This document shows, piece by piece, positions 29,371 to 38,600 of a stretch of 64,000 bases of DNA. The DNA is taken from NCBI GenBank assembly GCA_034928145.1, contig JAYFPE010000040.1, positions 5,282-69,281 of the forward strand, given 5' to 3'. Made by a program: the position numbers and the translations under genes. The stretch is from Candidatus Pelethousia sp. (GTDB taxonomy: Bacteria; Bacillota; Clostridia; Christensenellales; CAG-138). Numbering within the stretch: the stretch's first letter is position 1; each line of letters opens with the position of its first letter. Below the pieces are notes generated by a model, which saw nothing but the letters and a program-made list of their open reading frames with translations, did not search any database and was not told where the DNA came from.

Positions 29371-29428
29371 TTGACATGGCCCCTGATTGGGTTATAATAC
29401 TATAGGTGTCAAGTAGAATGCCTTTACA
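29371..29428 (+). promoter_or_regulatory. ylxM-ffh promoter with downstream palindromic operator-like site
   Basis: TTGACA(29371)-N16-TATAAT(29393); TGTCAAG-N8-CTTTACA at 29407-29428. Confidence 0.6.
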
Positions 29429-29446
29429 GTCCGAGGGAGGGATTGG

Positions 29447-29782
29447 ATGCGGGAGCATGTGGAGCTGGGCATGCTGCTCAGCCGCTACGGCGCGCTGCTT
29501 ACAGAGCGGCAGCGCACGCTGCTGGCCCTCTCTGTAGATGAAGACCTGTCCCTTTCCGAAATCGCGGAGCAGGCGGGCATATCGCGCCAGGCCGTGCTGG
29601 ACGCCATCAAGCGGGCGGAAAGCCAGCTTTATGCCTTCGAAGCGGCGCTGGGGATGGAAAAGCTGACCCGTACCCTGCGCAAAAAGGCCGAAGCCCTCGC
29701 CGCCCTGCCCGCCGTGGCCGGGAATGCAGAGGCCCAAGCCCTGAGCAGGGAGATATTGGAGATCATCAACGATGGCGTTTGA
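29447..29782 (+). CDS. ylxM: YlxM-family HTH protein (UPF0122)
   Basis: YGALLTERQ, DLSLSEIAE..ISRQAV.D.IKR; directly upstream of ffh. Confidence 0.93.
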   Translation: MREHVELGMLLSRYGALLTERQRTLLALSVDEDLSLSEIAEQAGISRQAVLDAIKRAESQLYAFEAALGMEKLTRTLRKKAEALAALPAVAGNAEAQALSREILEIINDGV

Positions 29783-31109
29783 AGGCCTTTCGTCCAAATT
29801 ACAAAATGTTTTTAAAAAGCTCACCGGCCGTGGCAAGCTCAACGAGAAAGATGTGAAGGAAGCCATGCGCGAGGTGAAGCTCGCCCTTTTGGAGGCGGAT
29901 GTCAGCTTTGCCGTGGTCAAAAAGTTTATCGCAGCCGTAACGGAGCGGGCTGTGGGCGCGGAGGTGCTCGAAAGCCTCACGCCGGGCCAGCAGGTGATCA
30001 AGATCGTCAATGAAGAGCTGACCAGCCTCATGGGCGGGGCGAACGCAAAGCTGGAATTCGGCTCCAAAAGCCCGGCCGTGGTGCTGTTGTGCGGCCTGCA
30101 GGGCGCGGGCAAAACCACGATGACGGGCAAGCTGGGGGCCTATTTGCAAAAGCAATTCGGTAAATCCCCGCTGCTCGTGGCCTGCGATATCTACCGCCCG
30201 GCAGCCATCCGCCAATTGCAGGTGGTAGGGGAAAAGCTCAAACTGCCCGTGTTTGAGCGCGGCCAGCAAAGCCCCGTGCAAACGGCCAAGGAGGCCGTGG
30301 ATTACGCCCGCTCGCATATGCTCGATTTGGTCATCGTGGATACGGCGGGCCGCCTGCACATAGACGAGGCCATGATGGAGGAGATCGCCGCTCTGCGCGA
30401 CGAATTGAACCCCGCCGAAATTCTTCTGGTTGTAGACGCCATGACCGGCCAGGATGCCGTCAACGTGGCCCAGGCGTTTAATGAAAAGCTGGCCCTCACC
30501 GGCGTAATCGTGACCAAGCTCGACGGCGATACCCGCGGCGGCGCGGCCCTCTCTGTGCGGGAGGTCACGGGCCGGCCCATCAAATTCTGCGGCACTGGGG
30601 AAAAGCTCACGGATATCGAGCCGTTTTATCCGGACCGCATGGCCGGCCGCATCCTGGGCATGGGCGATATGATGACCCTCATCGAAAAGGCGCAAACCGC
30701 CTTCGATGAAAAAAAGGCCTTGGAGCTTACGAACAAGCTGCGCAGCAACGATTTCACGCTGGAAGATTTCATGGCGCAGATGGAGCAGATGAAAACCATG
30801 GGCTCCATGCAGGATATCCTGGCCATGATGCCGGGAGCGGCAGCTTCCAAGCTGGGCACTGTGGAGCTCGACGAAAAGCAGACAGAGCGCACCTTGGCCA
30901 TTATCCGCTCGATGACGGCGCAGGAGCGCCGTAAGCCTGAGCTGATCAACGCCAGCCGCCGCCGGCGCATCGCCGCGGGCAGCGGCAACGCCGTGCAGGA
31001 TGTGAACCGGCTGCTCAACCAATTCGAAGCCACGCGCAAGATGATCCGTCAGCTCACTGGCGGTAAGATCAAAAAGGGCAGGCGCGGCTTCAATCCCTTT
31101 GGCTTTTAA
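29772..31109 (+). CDS. ffh: Signal recognition particle protein
   Basis: GLQGAGKTT, DTAGR, TKLDGDTRGG, and an M domain with SMT..ER..P..SRRRRIA.GSG. Confidence 0.98.
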   Translation: MAFEGLSSKLQNVFKKLTGRGKLNEKDVKEAMREVKLALLEADVSFAVVKKFIAAVTERAVGAEVLESLTPGQQVIKIVNEELTSLMGGANAKLEFGSKSPAVVLLCGLQGAGKTTMTGKLGAYLQKQFGKSPLLVACDIYRPAAIRQLQVVGEKLKLPVFERGQQSPVQTAKEAVDYARSHMLDLVIVDTAGRLHIDEAMMEEIAALRDELNPAEILLVVDAMTGQDAVNVAQAFNEKLALTGVIVTKLDGDTRGGAALSVREVTGRPIKFCGTGEKLTDIEPFYPDRMAGRILGMGDMMTLIEKAQTAFDEKKALELTNKLRSNDFTLEDFMAQMEQMKTMGSMQDILAMMPGAAASKLGTVELDEKQTERTLAIIRSMTAQERRKPELINASRRRRIAAGSGNAVQDVNRLLNQFEATRKMIRQLTGGKIKKGRRGFNPFGF

Positions 31110-31176
31110 CGCTGGTTTCTGAGGCGACATGCTTTTGAAATAAATAACTATCCATTTTTTCAGGAGGAAATTTACT

Positions 31177-31419
31177 ATGCTTAAGATCAGGCTGCGCCGC
31201 ATGGGCGCGAAGAAGGCTCCCTTCTACCGCATCGTGGTGGCGGATTCCCGCGCGCCCCGCGACGGCGCTTTTGTGGAGGAGCTCGGCTATTACGACCCCA
31301 CCAAGAGCCCCATCGAGCTTAACGTCAACAACGAAAAGGCTGCCGAATGGCTTAAGAGCGGCGCACAGCCCACGGAAACCGTGCGCGCCTTGCTTAAAAA
31401 GTCCGGCGCGCTGCAGTAA
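31177..31419 (+). CDS. rpsP: 30S ribosomal protein S16
   Basis: [23 protein letters not shown] and GAQPTETV. Confidence 0.98.
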   Translation: MLKIRLRRMGAKKAPFYRIVVADSRAPRDGAFVEELGYYDPTKSPIELNVNNEKAAEWLKSGAQPTETVRALLKKSGALQ

Positions 31420-31442
31420 TGGAGCAGGTCGGGGAGCAAGCC

Positions 31443-31673
31443 ATGGGAGAGCTGGTTAAATACATTGCTATGAATCTCGTGGATAAGCCCGAAGAAGTCA
31501 AGGTGGAAGTAAAAGAGGGCGAGAGTTCCACGGTGATCGAGCTGAGCGTCGCGCCCGAAGATATGGGCAAGGTGATCGGCAAGCAGGGCCGCATCGCTAA
31601 GGCGATACGCACCGTGGTGCGGGCCGCTTCTGTAAAGGAAAATAAAAAATACATCGTGGAGATCCTCGGCTAA
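31443..31673 (+). CDS. khpA: KH-domain RNA-binding protein KhpA (YlqC)
   Basis: LVDKPEEV and DMGKVIGKQGRIAKAIRT. Confidence 0.95.
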   Translation: MGELVKYIAMNLVDKPEEVKVEVKEGESSTVIELSVAPEDMGKVIGKQGRIAKAIRTVVRAASVKENKKYIVEILG

Positions 31674-31689
31674 AGCCGACTCTCCGCCT

Positions 31690-31870
31690 TTGAAAGATCA
31701 TGGGGTTCGGAGGCCATAGCCCCCGGCGGCTATATTCCGGCTTCGGCGGCATGTGCGCCGAAACGGATGAAAGCTGCAGGCTTTCGTTCCCCACAGGGTT
31801 TGCTGGCCGTGCCGCCAGGCACAAGCAAACCCTGCAAACTCAAAAATGTGGCGGCAGCCACCTTTTTGAA
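31690..31870 (-). repeat. Second, inverted copy of the hairpin repeat family seen at 3065-3250
   Basis: The reverse complement of 31794-31841 matches 3089-3136 at 45/48 nt; the TCAAAAARGTGGCT end and the GGGGCTAYGGC..CGAACCCC motif are also shared. Confidence 0.85.
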
Positions 31871-31872
31871 TT

Positions 31873-32391
31873 ATGCAGGAATATTTGCGCATTGGCCTGA
31901 TTTTGCGGCCCCATGGCGTACATGGGGCGGTTAAGCTTCAGCCGCTGACCACGGACAACCGGCGCTTCCTAAAGCTTAAGGAAGCCTATATCGAGCAGAA
32001 TGGGGAATACATACCCGTAGAAGCTATCGAGATCAGCGTGCAGCCGGACGTTGTTTTCCTGCGCCTTTCGTTTTGCGATAGCAGGGAGCAGGCGGAAGCC
32101 CTGCGGGGCAAATACCTCTGCGTAGACCGGGCGCACGCGGCCAAGCTGCCGGCAGGGCGCTATTTCGTGGCGGATCTGATCGGCTGCGCCGTGGAGGATA
32201 GCAATGGCAAATCCTTAGGGAAGCTGACGGATATATTGGAGACGGGCGCGAACGACGTATACGTGATCAAGGGGGAGAAGACGCTGCTGATCCCCGCTCT
32301 GAAAAAGCTTTTGCAGCATGTGGATGTGCAAAGCGGGCGCATCATTCTCGATGCGGAAGTTTTGGAGGAGGTGGGTCTTTTTGAGGATTGA
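31873..32391 (+). CDS. rimM: Ribosome maturation factor RimM
   Basis: IGLILRPHGVHGAVK, DLIGC and ETGANDVY motifs. Confidence 0.95.
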   Translation: MQEYLRIGLILRPHGVHGAVKLQPLTTDNRRFLKLKEAYIEQNGEYIPVEAIEISVQPDVVFLRLSFCDSREQAEALRGKYLCVDRAHAAKLPAGRYFVADLIGCAVEDSNGKSLGKLTDILETGANDVYVIKGEKTLLIPALKKLLQHVDVQSGRIILDAEVLEEVGLFED

Positions 32392-33109
32392 CGTGCTCAC
32401 GCTCTTTCCCGAAATGTTCGAAGGCGTGCTGGGCGGCAGCATGCTGGGCCGGGCGCAAGAGGCGGGCATTCTCGATTGCCGCTTACACAACATCCGCGAT
32501 TGGTCGCTCAACAAGCACCACAATGCGGATGATTATCCCTTTGGCGGGGGCGCGGGCATGGTGATGATGGCGCAGCCGATTTGGGATTGCATCGAAGAAG
32601 TGGATCCGAATCACGAGGCCCTTCGCATCGCTCTTTTGCCCCGGGGCGAAAGGCTTGGCGTACCCATGGCCCGCGAGCTTAGCAAAAAGGAGCGCATCTT
32701 GCTCCTTTGCGGCCATTACGAAGGGGTGGATGAGCGGGCGCTTTCCAAAATGGATATGGAAGTTTCCATTGGCGATTATGTGCTCACAGGCGGGGAGCTG
32801 CCCGCCATGGTGTTGATCGATTGCCTGAGCCGCTTCATCCCGGGCGTGCTGGGCAGCGAACAGTCCGCCGAGGAGGAGAGCTTTTCAGACGGCCTGCTGG
32901 AATACCCGCAATATACCCGCCCTGCGGAATTCAACGGCCTGGCTGTGCCGGAAGTGCTGCTTAACGGCAACCACGCGCACATCAACCGTTGGCGGCGGGA
33001 TATGTCCCTCAAAATGACGCTGGAGCGCCGCCCGGAACTCTTGGAAGAAGCGCGGCTCGATAAAAAGGACTTAGCCTATTTAGAAAGCCTGAAAAAGACG
33101 GAGAATTAG
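32381..33109 (+). CDS. trmD: tRNA (guanine-N1)-methyltransferase
   Basis: LTLFPEMF, PFGGGAGMVM, CGHYEGVDER and SIGDYVLTGGE motifs. Confidence 0.97.
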   Translation: MRIDVLTLFPEMFEGVLGGSMLGRAQEAGILDCRLHNIRDWSLNKHHNADDYPFGGGAGMVMMAQPIWDCIEEVDPNHEALRIALLPRGERLGVPMARELSKKERILLLCGHYEGVDERALSKMDMEVSIGDYVLTGGELPAMVLIDCLSRFIPGVLGSEQSAEEESFSDGLLEYPQYTRPAEFNGLAVPEVLLNGNHAHINRWRRDMSLKMTLERRPELLEEARLDKKDLAYLESLKKTEN

Positions 33110-33160
33110 GTGAATTTGTGGTTGCGCCCACCGCGCGGCCATGTTATAATGCACTTTGTG

Positions 33161-33205
33161 ACAACGGGCGGTCCAATGCCGATAAGCGGTACGAACGTCT
33201 GGGAG
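33161..33205 (+). ncRNA. Ribosomal protein L19 leader (putative autoregulatory RNA)
   Basis: CGGGCGGTCC...GAACGTCTG stem between a TG-TATAAT promoter and the rplS SD. Confidence 0.65.
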
Positions 33206-33221
33206 AGAGGAGAAAAATAAA

Positions 33222-33587
33222 ATGTCCGACATCATTCGTGAACTGGAAAAAGAACAACTCCGCACCGATCTTCCCAAGCTGGAAGTGGGCGATACCGTTC
33301 GGGTATTCGTTAAGGTCGTGGAAGGCTCCCGCGAGCGCCTGCAAAATTTTGAGGGCGTGGTCATCAAGATCCAGGGCGGCGGCATCCGCAAATCCTTTAC
33401 CGTGCGCCGTGTATCCTATGGCGTGGGCGTGGAGCGTACCTTCCCCTACAACAGCCCCCGCGTAGGCCGCATCGAAGTGGTGCGCCATGGTAAAGTGCGC
33501 CGGGCCAAGCTGTTCTACCTGCGGGATCGCGTGGGCAAGGCCGCCAAGGTGGTCGAGCGCATCGTGATGAGCGACAAGAACAAGTAA
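33222..33587 (+). CDS. rplS: 50S ribosomal protein L19
   Basis: [26 protein letters not shown] and [10 protein letters not shown] motifs. Confidence 0.98.
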   Translation: MSDIIRELEKEQLRTDLPKLEVGDTVRVFVKVVEGSRERLQNFEGVVIKIQGGGIRKSFTVRRVSYGVGVERTFPYNSPRVGRIEVVRHGKVRRAKLFYLRDRVGKAAKVVERIVMSDKNK

Positions 33588-33690
33588 TCGACCTGATATG
33601 CATGAAAAACCCCCGGTGCCTGCGGGCATATGGGGGTTTCCTTATATCGGGCGCGTAAGGCCCGTAGCAAGCGAAAATAAAGGAGCGGCT

Positions 33691-34566
33691 ATGCTGATAC
33701 AATGGTATCCCGGCCACATGGCCAAAGCCCGGCGTATGCTGGTGGAAAATCTCAAGCTGATCGACGTGGTGGTGGAGATCGTGGATGCGCGCGCGCCCAT
33801 CGCCACCCGCAATCCGGATTTTGACGACCTATTTGTCGGCAAGAAGCGCATCGCCCTGTTAAATAAGAGCGATTTGGCAGACCCGGTCGCGACCAAGGCG
33901 TTTATCCGCGCCTTCAAGGAGCAGGGTGTAAAAGCGATGGAGTTCGTAGCGACCAATTCCGCTAAAAAGGCGGCAGCCGTGGAGCTTTTGCAGGGGGCCG
34001 TGCAGGAGGAAGTGGATCGGCTTTTGCAAAAGGGCGTGCACAAAACGGTGCGGGTCATGGTGGTGGGCATACCCAACGTGGGCAAATCCACCTTTATCAA
34101 CCGCATCGCTGGCGCCAATCGCGCGCAGGTGGGGGATAAGCCAGGCGTAACCAAGGGTAAACAATGGGTCAAGGTAGGGCCCTATCTTGAGCTAATGGAT
34201 ACCCCCGGCCTTTTGTGGCCCAAGCTGGAGGATGAACTTTTGGCCAGGCACCTTGCGTTCATCGGCTCCATCAAGGATGATATTATGGATGTGGAGCAAT
34301 TGGCGGCCCTGCTTTTGCAGGAGCTAATGTCCCTTTGCCCGGATGCCTTGACCGCCCGCTACAAGAAGCTGGAAGCGGGTATGGAGCCCCACGCATTGCT
34401 CGCGGGCGTTTGCCAAAGCCGGGGATTTTTACTCTCCGGCGGCCTGCCGGATACGGAGCGGGGCGCGCGCATCGCCCTGGATGAATTCCGAGCAGGCAAG
34501 ATCGGCAGGGTTACGCTGGATAAGCCCGGTTACGAAAGGCAGGATGGAGATGGAAAGAAAGCCTAA
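33691..34566 (+). CDS. ylqF: Ribosome biogenesis GTPase RbgA/YlqF
   Basis: IQWYPGHMAKA, DARAP, NKSD, GIPNVGKST and DTPG motifs. Confidence 0.97.
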   Translation: MLIQWYPGHMAKARRMLVENLKLIDVVVEIVDARAPIATRNPDFDDLFVGKKRIALLNKSDLADPVATKAFIRAFKEQGVKAMEFVATNSAKKAAAVELLQGAVQEEVDRLLQKGVHKTVRVMVVGIPNVGKSTFINRIAGANRAQVGDKPGVTKGKQWVKVGPYLELMDTPGLLWPKLEDELLARHLAFIGSIKDDIMDVEQLAALLLQELMSLCPDALTARYKKLEAGMEPHALLAGVCQSRGFLLSGGLPDTERGARIALDEFRAGKIGRVTLDKPGYERQDGDGKKA

Positions 34567-35191
34567 GCCTAGCGAGGATGAGCGCCTCTTTGCGCTTTCC
34601 AGCCTGGAACGGGAATATTGGCAAGCCGGCAAATCTGTGGCCGGCGCGGATGAAGTGGGCCGCGGCCCGCTGGCCGGGCCGGTGGTGGCGGCCGTGGTGC
34701 TGCTGCCAACAGAATGCCTCATTGCGCGTGTAAATGACTCCAAAAAGCTCTCGCCGGCCAGGCGGGAGGCCCTGTATCCTATCATTATAGAAAAAGCGCT
34801 GGCCTATGGCCTGGGTTGGGCATGGCCAGAGCAGATCGACGCGCTGAACATCCGTCGGGCCACCTTCCTGGCCTTTCGGTTGGCCTATGCGGCGCTGCAA
34901 ACAAAACCGGACGTCCTCTTCGTGGACGGCCGAGATAAGCTTGATATAGCTGCTGCGCAGGAGGCCATTATCCACGGGGATGCGCGTTGCCATTGCATCG
35001 CCGCCGCCTCCATCATCGCCAAGGTAGAGCGGGATCGCTATATGGAAGCGCAGGATGCGCTATACCCGGCCTATGGCTTTGCGCAAAACAAAGGTTACGG
35101 AACGGCGGCGCATATTGCGGCCCTGCGGGAGATCGGCCCCTGCCCTTTGCATAGGCGGAGCTTCATTGACCATTTCACCGGAGAAGGCTGA
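34544..35191 (+). CDS. rnhB: Ribonuclease HII
   Basis: GADEVGRGPLAGPV, DSKKL, IAAASIIAKV, NKGYGT and HRRSF motifs. Confidence 0.96.
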   Translation: MEMERKPKPSEDERLFALSSLEREYWQAGKSVAGADEVGRGPLAGPVVAAVVLLPTECLIARVNDSKKLSPARREALYPIIIEKALAYGLGWAWPEQIDALNIRRATFLAFRLAYAALQTKPDVLFVDGRDKLDIAAAQEAIIHGDARCHCIAAASIIAKVERDRYMEAQDALYPAYGFAQNKGYGTAAHIAALREIGPCPLHRRSFIDHFTGEG

Positions 35192-35544
35192 TGGACGCGC
35201 GCAGGGGAAAGGGTCGCCTGGGCGAGGATCTGGCGGCCGCGCATCTGGCGCGGGCGGGCTATGAAATATTGGCGCGCAACTACCGGGCTTTGGGCTGCGA
35301 GCTGGATATCATTGCCCAAAGGGCGGATACGCTGGTTTTTGCCGAGGTGAAGGCCCGGCGGGGCTGCGCTTACGGCCTTGGCCGCGAGGCCGTGGGCCTA
35401 GTCAAGCAGGAGCATTTGATCCGCGCCGCGCAGGCCTATTTGCAGGCCAACGATTGCTTCGAACGGTTTTGCCGCTTCGATGTTTTGGAGGTCGATCTGG
35501 CGAGCGGCCGGGTCGAGCATATTGAGGGCGCTTTCACTCTATAA
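35191..35544 (+). CDS. yraN: YraN-family (UPF0102) nuclease-like protein
   Basis: GRLGEDLA, RNYR..ELDII, FAEVKAR and RFDV motifs. Confidence 0.93.
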   Translation: MDARRGKGRLGEDLAAAHLARAGYEILARNYRALGCELDIIAQRADTLVFAEVKARRGCAYGLGREAVGLVKQEHLIRAAQAYLQANDCFERFCRFDVLEVDLASGRVEHIEGAFTL

Positions 35545-35638
35545 AGAAGCATATAAGTAAACTTTTCAGATTTCCGTGTGGTTTGCCTTTCTATGTGGTA
35601 AAATAGACCTAATTATGGATAGGTTTGGAACGAGATTT

Positions 35639-38600
35639 ATGCGCAGACTCAAAGCGGTTTTCTTTGCTTTCATCCTGCTGCTGCTCCCGGCCCTGGCTTT
35701 GGCGGGCGAGCCTGTGGCCCTAACCAACGCCGATTTTGGTGAGGTGGGTCTGGCGGACGGTCTGCCCCTTGGCTGGTACGCGGAGAGCTGGCTTAATGGC
35801 GAAGGCCAATACGCCATCGAACGGACGCTGGATGAAGCCGGCGGTCCGGCTTTGTGCATCGACAATTTGGTTGAGAATGACGTGCGGCTCTGCCAGCGCA
35901 TCCCTGTGGAGGGGGGCGGACTCTACCGCCTTTCCTGCGAGGCGCGGGCGGAAAACGTTGTAGGCGGGGCTGGTGTAAACGTATCCGTGGTGGATTCGCT
36001 GGCCGCTTCCGGGCCACTGTTGGGCAGCGCGGGTTGGCAAACCATCTCCCTACTCGGCCGCGCGGATGACGGCCAGAGCGAGCTGGCCGTTTGCGTGCGT
36101 TTGGGCGGCTATGGAGCGCTTTCTGCAGGCAGGGCTTATTTTCGCAATTTCCGCGTCGAAAAGCTGGACGCTGCGCCCGCAGGGGCCGATGTGGCCTATT
36201 TTGGCGTGGCCGTAGCAGGTTCCACCGAGGATGCGGGCGCGCATAATGTGAACGAACTGCACGGGGGCGCGATGGCCGTGGCTACGATCCTGATGGCCGC
36301 GCTGGGCGCCTGGCTCTATAAGGCCTATATCGTGCGGCCCGGGGAAGGCGAGGGGGAAAAGCGATCTGCAAACGCGCAGCTGGGGTTGATCCTCAGCCTT
36401 GCTTTTTTGCTGCGCTGCGCGCTCTCCCTGCTCTTTTACGGCCATTCCATAGATATTGCCTGCTTCATGGCCTGGGCCAATACCCTGGCTGAAAATGGGC
36501 CCGGGGCTTTCTATACATCCGGCATGTTCGCCGATTACCCGCCGGGGTATATGTATGTGCTGTGGTTCACGGGCAGCCTAGGGAAGCTTCTTGGCCTAAG
36601 CTACGGCGGCGCCGGCTATGTGCTTTTGACCAAGATGCCCGCCATCCTCAGCGATTTAGGCGCGGCCTATCTCGTTTTCCGCATGGCGGACAAGCGCTTT
36701 GAGCGCCGGGTGGCCCTGGCCCTCTGTTGCGCCGTTGCCTTCAATCCGGCCATGGCCTTCCTCTCGGGCGGCTGGGGCCAGATCGACCAGGTGTTGACCC
36801 TCCTGCTGGTGTTTGCCCTTTGGCTGTTCCTCGAAAACCGCCTGGAGCTTTGCGGCCTCGCCTATGGCGTGGCCATCCTGGTCAAGCCGCAGGCGCTGAT
36901 GGCGGGGCCGCTTTTAGCCGCCGCTTATTTCATCAAAATCAAAGACCAGGGCTGGAAATCCGCCCTGCGCACCCTTTGGGCCGTGCTTTTGGCCGTGGGA
37001 TCCATTCTCCTGCTCAGCCTGCCCTTTGGCGGCGGGCAGGGCAGCGTGGAGCTAAGCCTCTTGGGCATGACTTTCCAAGGCCCCTGGGTGCTGCAAAAGC
37101 TCCTGGGTACGGCCACGAGCTACCCTTACGCCAGCATCGAGGCCTTCAACCTTTTTTCTCTCTTTGGCGGCAACTGGCAGAATGTGGATGCGCCCTTCCT
37201 CTTTTCCATCAGCTATGGGCAGTGGGGTACGGCCTGTATCGGCCTTTCCGTATTTATTTCGATCTGGATGTACATAAAGGGCCGCAGGGAGCGGGGCTGT
37301 TTAGCCCTGTGTACGGCATTTTTGCTGGCCGCTCTCTTTGTGCTGGGGCAATATATGCACGAGCGCTATCTTTTCCTGGTGTTGCTGCTGATCCTGATCA
37401 GCTTCATCTACTATGGGGATCGGCGGCTGTTTCTTTGCTTTGTGTTCTTTACCTGCTCCCTGCTGCTCAATTCCCTGGCCGCCTTCATGGTGGTTAAGGA
37501 TACGGCCCTGCGGGGGGAGGAGTACCTCTTCATCACGCGCTTGGGTTCGGCCCTCACCGTGGCGGCCTTTGCTTATTTCGCCTGGTCCTGCTATGATATC
37601 ACCGTAAAGCGGCGCACTTCGCCCGCCTTTGAGGGAGATCGGCGCGCGGCGGATATCCGGCCCGGCCTGGACGCGCAAAAGCAGGAGAAGGATGCCCGCT
37701 TCACCAAGCGGGATAGGCTTTGGTGTGGCGCGCTCACGGGCCTTTACGCCCTAGTGGCCCTGCTCAACCTGGGCACGCTGCAAGCCCCGGAAACGGCCTG
37801 GCAGGCGGGCGTGCGGGAGGGCGTGACCATCCGCCTCGAAAAGGAGGCCGCGCTTTCCGGTATCCGGGTATTCGGCGGGCTGTATACGGGTGCGGCGGAA
37901 TTCACGGATGATAAGGGCAATTCCTTTGCCTATACGGAAGATCACGGCGATATGTTCCGCTGGGCCAAGATCGGCGGCGAGGGCTGGGAAACCGGCGCGG
38001 TGACCCTTCGAGTGACCGAGGGCTCCGTGTGGTTCAATGAGATCGCCTTTTTTGACGAGGATGGCGACCAAGTGCCTATCGCCTCCTGCGAGCCTTTGGC
38101 CGATGCGCCGGGCCTGGCGGATGCGGCCCTGCTGATCGACGAGCAGGATCAAGCGCCGGCTGCGCCCTCATACCTTAACGGCATGTATTTCGACGAGCTA
38201 TATCATGCCCGTACGGCTTATGAACACTTGCACGGCCTGGCACCCTATGAGAATTCCCACCCGCCGCTGGGCAAGGTGTTCATTATGCTGGGCATTGCCC
38301 TCTTTGGTATGAATACCTTTGGCTGGCGTATCGTGGGCACGCTTTTCGGCATTGCTATGGTGCCCATCCTCTATCTGTTTGCCAAACGGCTTTTCAAGCG
38401 CAGCGATTACGCCCTTTTATGCGCGGGCTTGTTCGCCTTTGATTTCATGCACTTTTCGCAAACGCGCATCGCTACCATCGATGTGTTCGGCGTGTTCTTC
38501 ATCCTGCTGATGTTCTATTTCATGCACGAATACTATTGCATGAATTTCTTCACGGATGGCTTGGGGGCCACACTCAAGCCCCTGGCCTGGGCGGGGGTAT

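Noticed and set aside
29799-31202. Long antisense ORFs (also 46278-47666, 48104-49108, 62698-63933, 11306-12349, 18384-19418, 20192-21286)
   Set aside because: They are shadows of highly conserved GC3-rich sense genes and have no motifs or SD sequences.
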